Of a stretch of 64,000 nucleotides of DNA, positions 57,793-64,000 are shown one piece after another (the stretch's first letter is position 1; each line of letters opens with the position of its first letter). Both the position numbers and the translations under genes were made by a program. The notes beneath the pieces are model-generated. The model searched no databases and had not been told where the DNA came from. It saw only the letters and a list, made by a program, of their open reading frames with translations. The DNA lies in contig JAJTEN010000003.1 in the NCBI GenBank assembly GCA_021298155.1, forward strand, positions 31,388-95,387. Direction: 5' to 3'. This stretch comes from Sphingobacteriales bacterium (GTDB taxonomy: Bacteria > Bacteroidota > Bacteroidia > UKL13-3).

Positions 57793-58379
57793 GAGCTAAG
57801 CTTATTTTTCTCTGATTCGTATGCCACCGCAATTTCGCATAATTCTTGGTACCAAGCTTCGCCAAATTTGGCAATGAGCGGTTCTTTTAAAAACTGATAT
57901 ACCCTTACTTTTTCTTGCTTTCCTAGGGTGCAAGCGGCACTGCAAATATCCCATTTATGGTAATTAAGCGCCTCGTAATCGCCTACTTTTACAATGCGTA
58001 TGGGGTATAGATAACATGAGATAGGTTTTCTAATGGTTGATTGGCCAGCCAAATAGCTTTGCTCTATGCCACAAGAAAGTAAGCCCGTGGCATCGCGCTT
58101 TACAAAGTTACATTCGCCACTCTGAAGGCAAGTAGTTTGCCATTCATTGTCTTCATCTTTTTCAAAGGCGCCAATGCGTTCCATTTCATGCAGGGATTGT
58201 TCGCTTAAATATGGCTTTATTAGTTCAAAATTCGCTTCAATGGCCAGCTTTTCATCAGCACTAACTGGCGCACCTGCATCACCCTCTATGCAGCAAGACC
58301 CCTTACATGCATTAAGATTACATATAAATTCCTTTTCAAAAACATCTTCCGATATCAGCGTATTGCCAAGAATTATCAT
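57789..58379 (-). CDS. DUF3109-family Cys-rich protein
   Basis: The N-terminal block LISEDVFEKEFICNLNACKGSCCIEGDAGAPV matches my recollection of DUF3109. ATGA overlap with the nnr start. Confidence 0.6.
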   Translation of the reverse strand: MIILGNTLISEDVFEKEFICNLNACKGSCCIEGDAGAPVSADEKLAIEANFELIKPYLSEQSLHEMERIGAFEKDEDNEWQTTCLQSGECNFVKRDATGLLSCGIEQSYLAGQSTIRKPISCYLYPIRIVKVGDYEALNYHKWDICSAACTLGKQEKVRVYQFLKEPLIAKFGEAWYQELCEIAVAYESEKNKLSS

Positions 58380-58556
58380 GGGGTAAAAGTACGAATTTAA
58401 TAGATAGGAAAAATAAAATCAAACTTGGAACATACCAATATCATTTATGCTAGGGTAATTTTTTGAACCAAGTACTGCGTATGATTGGGTTAAATGTGTA
58501 ACTAATTTTAAATTTGGAACTTTTTCCAGCAAAAAATCTACTTATTATACCAAAAC

Positions 58557-60926
58557 ATGCTTACAAGAACCTTGGCCTACGCCCTTATTTTATTGCTTAT
58601 TACAACAAATACGTGTGCACAAGATTTTGGTTCAATTAAAGGCAATATTATTGGCAATGATGACAAATTACCCATTCAGGGTGCGGCCATAAAAGTATCT
58701 CCGCTTAACCTGGTTGTAACGTCCGACTCTTCAGGTAACTTTGACATTCAGAAACTGAAACCCGGAAACTATTCTATCAGTATTCATTTTGTTGGATATG
58801 AAACACAAACCATTCATGATATTCATGTATTGCCCAATAAAGTAAGTTACCGGGAAGTAAGTTTACGCTTAGCCTTAACTACTTTAAAATCTGTAGATAT
58901 TAATTCATTTAGGTATGAGAACAACCGTATGCATCCCATTTCATCCTATAGCTTTTCGAGGGAGGAAATCAATTTAAATCCGGGTGCGCAAGGCGATATT
59001 TTTAGAGCCATTGGCATGCTCCCCGGCGTTTCTAGCAGTGGAGGAATATATTCTGCCATATCTGTAAGAGGCCAAGGTGTGCGAGATAATGTATATATGG
59101 TAGATGATATTCCACTCACAGAGGTGGGGCATTTAGAGGGAAATAGTTTCTTTAACGACCCAAATGGTGGTAGGTTCAGCATATTTGCACCCAGAGTAAT
59201 CGATAATGCCCTATTTCTTGGCGGTGGATTTGGTTCAGAATATGGAAGAAGAAGCGCTTCTGTGTTGGGTTTAACCATTAAAGAAGGGAACAATCAAAAT
59301 GCCATCATTGATGGGCAAACTGATTTATTAGGGATTACCCTAAATTACGACGGACCCAGCAAGGTTTTTAAAAACACCAATTTGTTTGTTTCGGCGCGGT
59401 ATCAAAACTTTTATGGCTTGGTTAACTTAATTGGTTTAAAAGATATTGGCTTGCCTATTTATGGCGACCTCATTCTAAAAACAAGCACTAAACTGAATGA
59501 AAAAAATAAGTTAAACTTCATCGCAATTATTAGTCCGGAGAGCTTTGTGCGGGATATAGACAATGTATATGCCGATAAAAAACTAAACCTACTTTATTTG
59601 CCAGATTTTAAAAGAAACAAAATGGTTTACGGCTTGAACCTAAGCACGCAAATTAATCGGAAAAGTTATGTAAAGAATATCTTATACTACACTTCGTACA
59701 CCTCTGATGTGCGGGTTGGAAGGGCATTCCCTGAGGCAGACACGATGGGCATATTAACAAACCCAATTATTCCTTTTATTACCAATATTCAAACCCAAAA
59801 CTATACAGAGAATAAATTGGGTTATCGTTTACTACACCACATTAACTTTAATCCAAATCACAAGCTTATTACTGGCCTGGAAATGGATGCACTATACTTA
59901 CAAAATGAGAGAAAGTTTTTTTATAACGACACTAATTTTGTTTACAGAAGCACTGATGTTATAAACCCCAACCAACGCTTTCAGGTAATTACGCCTGCTA
60001 TGGTTAATGCTAATTTTAATGATACAAGGCTGAACCTATCCGGATTTGCTAATTATTCTGCCATGATTGGCAAAAGACTTTCGTTTAACGCTGGTTTGAG
60101 ATATGATTATACAGGTTATGCCAAGCAACATGTGCTTGCCCCTAGATTAAATGGCAGCTATTTTATAAATGAGCGGCACAGTGTAAACTTTGCTTATGGC
60201 GTGTATTATCAAGAACCTGTTTATTCAGATATAGCCGATCAACCAAAGGGCAACACGCTAAAAATGGAAGAAACTACTCAATACATTATTGGGTACAGAT
60301 GGTATATAAAACCTGATCTTAAATTTACATTAGAAACTTGGTATAAATCTTTTGATCATTTGGTTACCACGCCAACAAACGGCACCGTCTTTAAAAACAA
60401 CTTGGGCACCGGCTATGGACGAGGTATTGATGTAAATATTACGAAACGACTGTTAACTAAATTTCATGGCCAAATTTCTTATTCCTATATGGAAATGCTG
60501 CGCAATGATAATGATGGCTTGGGTGAGTATAATTTTGCATTTAGTCAGCCACACCAATTTAACCTTATGTTGAGTTATCAACTCAATACTCATTTTACAT
60601 TTTCTATGAGGTATCGGTATGCCACTGGAAAGCCAAAAGACAATTACATCATTCATAGAGATATTTTAAACCAAGCAAATCAAATTAGGTATTCAAAAGA
60701 AATTATTGGCCGGAATCAATTACGCCTCCCCAATTTTAACAGTATAGATGTTCGCATCAATTACCATTTTAAATTTAGAGCGGCAAACATGACCATCTTC
60801 ATAGACATTGTAAATATTGCCAATAAACAAATAGCCAACGCTGAAAGCTTTAATTATTTAACAGGCCAAAATTATTTTGATGGCTTGGCTATATTCCCAA
60901 CAGGTGGATTAAAGTTTGAGTTTTAA
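58557..60926 (+). CDS. TonB-dependent receptor (CarboxypepD_reg + plug + 22-strand barrel)
   Basis: Signal peptide ...TTNTCAQ, SGNFDIQKLKPGNYSISIHFVGYE, a plug region, and a C-terminal aromatic terminus (GGLKFEF). Confidence 0.85.
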   Translation: MLTRTLAYALILLLITTNTCAQDFGSIKGNIIGNDDKLPIQGAAIKVSPLNLVVTSDSSGNFDIQKLKPGNYSISIHFVGYETQTIHDIHVLPNKVSYREVSLRLALTTLKSVDINSFRYENNRMHPISSYSFSREEINLNPGAQGDIFRAIGMLPGVSSSGGIYSAISVRGQGVRDNVYMVDDIPLTEVGHLEGNSFFNDPNGGRFSIFAPRVIDNALFLGGGFGSEYGRRSASVLGLTIKEGNNQNAIIDGQTDLLGITLNYDGPSKVFKNTNLFVSARYQNFYGLVNLIGLKDIGLPIYGDLILKTSTKLNEKNKLNFIAIISPESFVRDIDNVYADKKLNLLYLPDFKRNKMVYGLNLSTQINRKSYVKNILYYTSYTSDVRVGRAFPEADTMGILTNPIIPFITNIQTQNYTENKLGYRLLHHINFNPNHKLITGLEMDALYLQNERKFFYNDTNFVYRSTDVINPNQRFQVITPAMVNANFNDTRLNLSGFANYSAMIGKRLSFNAGLRYDYTGYAKQHVLAPRLNGSYFINERHSVNFAYGVYYQEPVYSDIADQPKGNTLKMEETTQYIIGYRWYIKPDLKFTLETWYKSFDHLVTTPTNGTVFKNNLGTGYGRGIDVNITKRLLTKFHGQISYSYMEMLRNDNDGLGEYNFAFSQPHQFNLMLSYQLNTHFTFSMRYRYATGKPKDNYIIHRDILNQANQIRYSKEIIGRNQLRLPNFNSIDVRINYHFKFRAANMTIFIDIVNIANKQIANAESFNYLTGQNYFDGLAIFPTGGLKFEF

Positions 60927-61021
60927 ATAGTTTTTGGAGGAGAAAAGAAGCAGGTATTTAATTTCCAATACTTTTACAATAAGGAAAAATTTTCATTCCA
61001 TATAGCCTTTTTCGGCATAGA

Positions 61022-61375
61022 TTATTTCAATCTCTTTTCGTTATTTTCCTTTACTCTGAATTTAACAATTCTTTCAATTAGTTTATACGGAATTGGTTGA
61101 TCAATTGGAAATTGCACCGAACCTTTTCCTTGTTTATACTTTGAAAGTTCGACTTTAAATTGGCTATGCCCTGAAGGTGTGGCATAAAAACCAATATGAT
61201 TTTTATACGCTGCAAAATAAACCAATGGTTTTTTGTTCAGTTTGTATGCAGGCATTCCATAAGCAAAAAGTTCGTCTGCGTTTGGTGCGTTGTCATGAAT
61301 TAACTTTCTCATATGTTGCAAAATTTCCTGAACATTTTCAGGAAACTGCTGAATGTAATTTTCAATTTCGTTCAT
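61022..61375 (-). CDS. DUF1801 (YdhG-like) domain protein
   Basis: IENYIQQFPENVQEILQHMRKLI...YGMPAYKLNKKPLVYFAAYKNHIGFY...GKGSVQFP is the typical DUF1801 pattern. Confidence 0.7.
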   Translation of the reverse strand: MNEIENYIQQFPENVQEILQHMRKLIHDNAPNADELFAYGMPAYKLNKKPLVYFAAYKNHIGFYATPSGHSQFKVELSKYKQGKGSVQFPIDQPIPYKLIERIVKFRVKENNEKRLK

Positions 61376-61557
61376 AATTTTCTGAAGCTTGAGTTGAACG
61401 TTTCTGTGATCCCATAACAGTTTTCAGATTGTTGATTGACATGCTTTTCAGCGGAAATATTAATGCTGAACACAACACTTTCTTTAACCATAAAACTCTT
61501 TGTGGTGTAAAAAACACCTATGGTAAATGTGCTGTTATAGCGACTGGTTTTTATCAT
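61372..61557 (-). CDS. small hypothetical protein (61 aa), possibly translationally coupled to the downstream DUF1801 gene
   Basis: ATG start. Its TGA overlaps the downstream ATG (ATGA). No recognised motif, and it could be spurious. Confidence 0.3.
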   Translation of the reverse strand: MIKTSRYNSTFTIGVFYTTKSFMVKESVVFSINISAEKHVNQQSENCYGITETFNSSFRKL

Positions 61558-61599
61558 TTTAGTCTAACTTTTTTCTATTACAGGGTTGTTTTTATATTG

Positions 61600-62055
61600 T
61601 TATTTACTGAAAGAATCAAAACGTTCTGGTCTTGGTGTATTTTCCCAAATAAACACTTTACCTGTTTGTAATATTTCCCAATCATAAGGTCTGTTGAAAT
61701 GAAAAATTGGGTTCGAAATACTAATTAAAATAATAAATCCAGTGCATAGAATTAGAGCCAATGGCCAAATAATTTTGGATACTAGGTTAGGAAGCTTAAA
61801 GTTAGGAACCCATTTGTTAACGGATAAAATTAATACTAACCAAAAAGAGAAATAAACGGCAAGGTTAGCAAAAAACTCTAAGAGGAAAAATTGATAGGAC
61901 ATAGATGTGTGAAACCCTTCACCCATGAATGCGAAAGGAAAGCCCCAATAAAGTTTGTCAGGACTATCAATTGGCAGGGCAAACCACCACTTTGTCAAAA
62001 GGAACATTGAGATGATACTGAAGGCTACAGCTAATTTTAAAGTCACTTGCTTCAT
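61600..62055 (-). CDS. small integral membrane protein (about 4 TM helices), unknown function
   Basis: Hydrophobic segments AVAFSIISMFLL, FFLLEFFANLAVYFSFWLVLIL and IIWPLALILCTGFIILISI. ATGA overlap with the upstream DUF2200 gene stop. Confidence 0.5.
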   Translation of the reverse strand: MKQVTLKLAVAFSIISMFLLTKWWFALPIDSPDKLYWGFPFAFMGEGFHTSMSYQFFLLEFFANLAVYFSFWLVLILSVNKWVPNFKLPNLVSKIIWPLALILCTGFIILISISNPIFHFNRPYDWEILQTGKVFIWENTPRPERFDSFSK

Positions 62056-62432
62056 AATGTTTTTATGTATTCAGTTCTTAAAATTTTCTCCATTTTTTTT
62101 CCTTTTGCTAATTCGTCCACTAATTTGTCTAGATAGCGAACTTGTCGGGTTAAAGGATTTTCAATTTCTTCAATTCTATAACCACAAATAACACCCGTTA
62201 TGAGATTTGCATTTGGGTTCAGTTTTGCCTTCTGAAAAAAGTCTACAAAAGATATGTTTTGATCAATCAGTTCTTTTATTTTATTGTTGTCAAAACCTGT
62301 CAGCCATTGAATAACCTGGTGTAATTCTTCTTTTGTCCTGCCTTTTCGCTCAAGCTTTGTAACATAATGAGGATACACAGAAGCAAAAGTCATTTTTGCT
62401 ATTCGCTCGTTATGTTCGGGTGTTATTTGCAT
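62052..62432 (-). CDS. DUF2200-family protein
   Basis: The N-terminus IAKMTFASVYPHYVTKLERKGRTKEELHQVIQWLTGF matches my recollection of DUF2200. Confidence 0.6.
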   Translation of the reverse strand: MQITPEHNERIAKMTFASVYPHYVTKLERKGRTKEELHQVIQWLTGFDNNKIKELIDQNISFVDFFQKAKLNPNANLITGVICGYRIEEIENPLTRQVRYLDKLVDELAKGKKMEKILRTEYIKTL

Positions 62433-62433
62433 A

Positions 62434-62826
62434 TTATTTAAGTTTTTCTAATTTTCCTTTTCTCTTAACTAAGTTTTTGTAGTCCCATTGTATTTCTCTT
62501 GACTTTTTAAGCCAACGAATTAAATCATTTGTTTCTAATTCTGACTTGTTATTATAAAATTTAGAAGCGTCTTTAAACTTCTTTCCTTTAATGTTTAGGT
62601 TTTCTTCATTAAAGTCTGCACCGCTCCAAAACATAAGTCGTATTCCATTTTTCTGTTTACTATATCCAACTGTAGGGTTGTTGTCCAAAAACCAAACTGG
62701 ATGAGCGTGCCAAATTTTACTCTCTGCTTCTGTCAATTCACGCTCAATTGCAGTTGCAAGAATGTCGCAGATATCTTTGTCAGTTGCTGTCTGTTTGTTG
62801 TTATAAGATCTAATTTCTTCGTTCAT
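62434..62826 (-). CDS. DUF1801-like small protein
   Basis: ICDILATAIERELTEAESKIWHAHPVWFLDNNPTVGYSKQKNGIRLMFWSG resembles the YdhG/DUF1801 fold family. Its stop is 1 nt from the next ATG. Confidence 0.5.
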   Translation of the reverse strand: MNEEIRSYNNKQTATDKDICDILATAIERELTEAESKIWHAHPVWFLDNNPTVGYSKQKNGIRLMFWSGADFNEENLNIKGKKFKDASKFYNNKSELETNDLIRWLKKSREIQWDYKNLVKRKGKLEKLK

Positions 62827-63161
62827 ACTAATTTTTGTTGTTGTCGTAAAACGGTTGCCGCTTTTTAATAAACAAAGCCCTCATAGCATGACTGCTAACT
62901 CATTCACACCCGCACAAAATACTTCCCAATCTGAAATATGTAGTTCGATAGGCGCAATTGTTTTTCGAAATATTTTTTTGGGAAAATTCTGAGTGGGAAA
63001 CATGATTTTCATAAGCATCATTTATTTGGGGTTCCGCTAAATTAAAGAAAGGGCTTTAAAATACCATACGCCACCTATTTTAGTTAAATATTTGTGCGTC
63101 TTTATGAGCTGCTAAATATCATATTTGCTAGACCATTCAGAATTAATATCTTTGTGCAGCA

Positions 63162-64000
63162 ATGAGCAATAAGGCCAAAATAGATATTCGTACCCTAAGT
63201 TTAGCACAACTGAAGGAAGCTTTTGTTGCTGCCGGTGAAAAGGCATTCAGGGGCCAACAAGTTTATGAATGGCTTTGGAAAAAATCGTGTACCAGCTTCG
63301 CGGGCATGAAAAATATCTCTGCAGAGAACAGGGCCTGGCTAGATGAACAGTATGTAATTAACACCATAGAAATTGTAGATAAACAGATTAGTAAAGATGG
63401 AACCATTAAAAGTGGGTTTACCTTACATGATGGTTTTATGGTAGAGGGTGTGCTAATTCCAGCCGATGATCGCATGACAGCTTGTGTATCTTCGCAGGTA
63501 GGTTGTAGTTTAACCTGTAAGTTTTGTGCCACAGGCAAAATGAACCGTGAGCGTAACCTAAGTGCTGGTGAAATATACGACCAGGTGGTAGCTATTAAAA
63601 ATTGGGCGCAAACGCATTATGGCAAGCCGCTTACCAATATCGTATTTATGGGTATGGGCGAACCTTTACTAAATTATGCCAATGTTTTGGCGGGCATAGA
63701 TAAGATTACTTCACAAGAGGGTTTGGGCATGGCGGCAGATAGAATCACGGTTTCTACTGCGGGTATCGCTAAAATGATTCAGAAATTGGCCGACGATAAG
63801 GTTAGGTTCAACCTGGCTTTAAGCTTGCATGCTGCCAATGATTTGAAGCGAAATATGATTATGCCCATTAATGAAAGTAATAGCCTAGCCGCTGTAGGCG
63901 CGGCATTAAAATATTTTCATCAACATACCAAAAAACGCGTTACCTTTGAATACATTGCTTTTAAAGACTTTAACGAAGGCATTCAAGATGCCAAAGAATT
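63162..64000 (+). CDS. rlmN: 23S rRNA (adenine2503-C2)-methyltransferase, N-terminal ~279 codons (runs off the right edge; absent from the ORF track)
   Basis: Own translation: MSNKAKIDIRTLSLAQLKEAFVAAGEKAFRGQQVYEWLWKK..., radical-SAM cluster SSQVGCSLTCKFCATG, FMGMGEPLLNY, TVSTAGI. Confidence 0.92.
   Translation, partial: MSNKAKIDIRTLSLAQLKEAFVAAGEKAFRGQQVYEWLWKKSCTSFAGMKNISAENRAWLDEQYVINTIEIVDKQISKDGTIKSGFTLHDGFMVEGVLIPADDRMTACVSSQVGCSLTCKFCATGKMNRERNLSAGEIYDQVVAIKNWAQTHYGKPLTNIVFMGMGEPLLNYANVLAGIDKITSQEGLGMAADRITVSTAGIAKMIQKLADDKVRFNLALSLHAANDLKRNMIMPINESNSLAAVGAALKYFHQHTKKRVTFEYIAFKDFNEGIQDAKE

Noticed and set aside
58557-60926. Polysaccharide utilisation locus (SusC/SusD) interpretation of the TonB-dependent receptors (also 1..1570)
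   Set aside because: Neither receptor is followed by a SusD-like lipoprotein or by glycoside hydrolases. Both look like stand-alone CarboxypepD_reg-type receptors.
61429-61671. 80-aa plus-strand ORF in the 61376-61599 gap region
   Set aside because: It overlaps the 3' end of the minus-strand membrane-protein gene and the 61-aa minus-strand ORF. It runs against the orientation of the tightly coupled operon and has Phe/Leu-rich AT-driven composition.
1-64000. CRISPR arrays, IS elements/transposases, integrases, prophage genes, rRNA/tRNA genes
   Set aside because: I saw no direct-repeat/spacer periodicity, no DDE, tyrosine or serine recombinase motifs, and no cloverleaf-capable sequences in any intergenic gap. 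A computational scan (tRNAscan, Infernal, minced) would be needed to be definitive.

Overview
This is an AT-rich chromosomal segment that looks like Bacteroidota. The evidence is a T9SS type-B (gliding-motility) C-terminal sorting domain, PorV/PorQ-like and DUF5103-like genes, TAnnTTTG -7 promoter boxes close to start codons, and no obvious Shine-Dalgarno sites. About 57 protein-coding genes are tightly packed on both strands, and most are core housekeeping: aroE, plsC-like, rnhB, tyrS, pyrC, yidC, pyrG, a 2-oxoacid dehydrogenase E2, gatB, queE, ribBA, an ABC-F protein, lon, a cold-shock protein, nnr and rlmN. Envelope functions are also present: a Wzx/Wzz/Wzy-like trio, LptF/G, a BamA/TamA-family protein, two TonB-dependent receptors, and a 1,185+ aa multi-PKD T9SS cargo protein. 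Two genes run off the window edges and are missing from the supplied ORF track: a TonB-dependent receptor at 1..1570 (-) and rlmN at 63162..64000 (+). I found no rRNA, tRNA, CRISPR array, transposase, integrase or prophage signature, so this is not an obvious accessory island. I do not see a clear-cut novel system. The best candidates for a second look are:
- A tightly linked vWA / ChlI-like AAA+ (deviant Walker motifs) / short-form AMP-nucleosidase gene string (48498..51889).
- A translationally coupled five-gene operon of small DUF-type proteins (61022..62826).
- The giant PKD adhesin-like gene, whose signal peptide and first PKD motif lie upstream of any canonical start codon.
- A TamL-like lipoprotein Omp85 gene with no adjacent tamB.
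- A Cys-rich protein of unknown function beside pyrC.
All functional calls rest on motif recognition by eye. No homology search was run.
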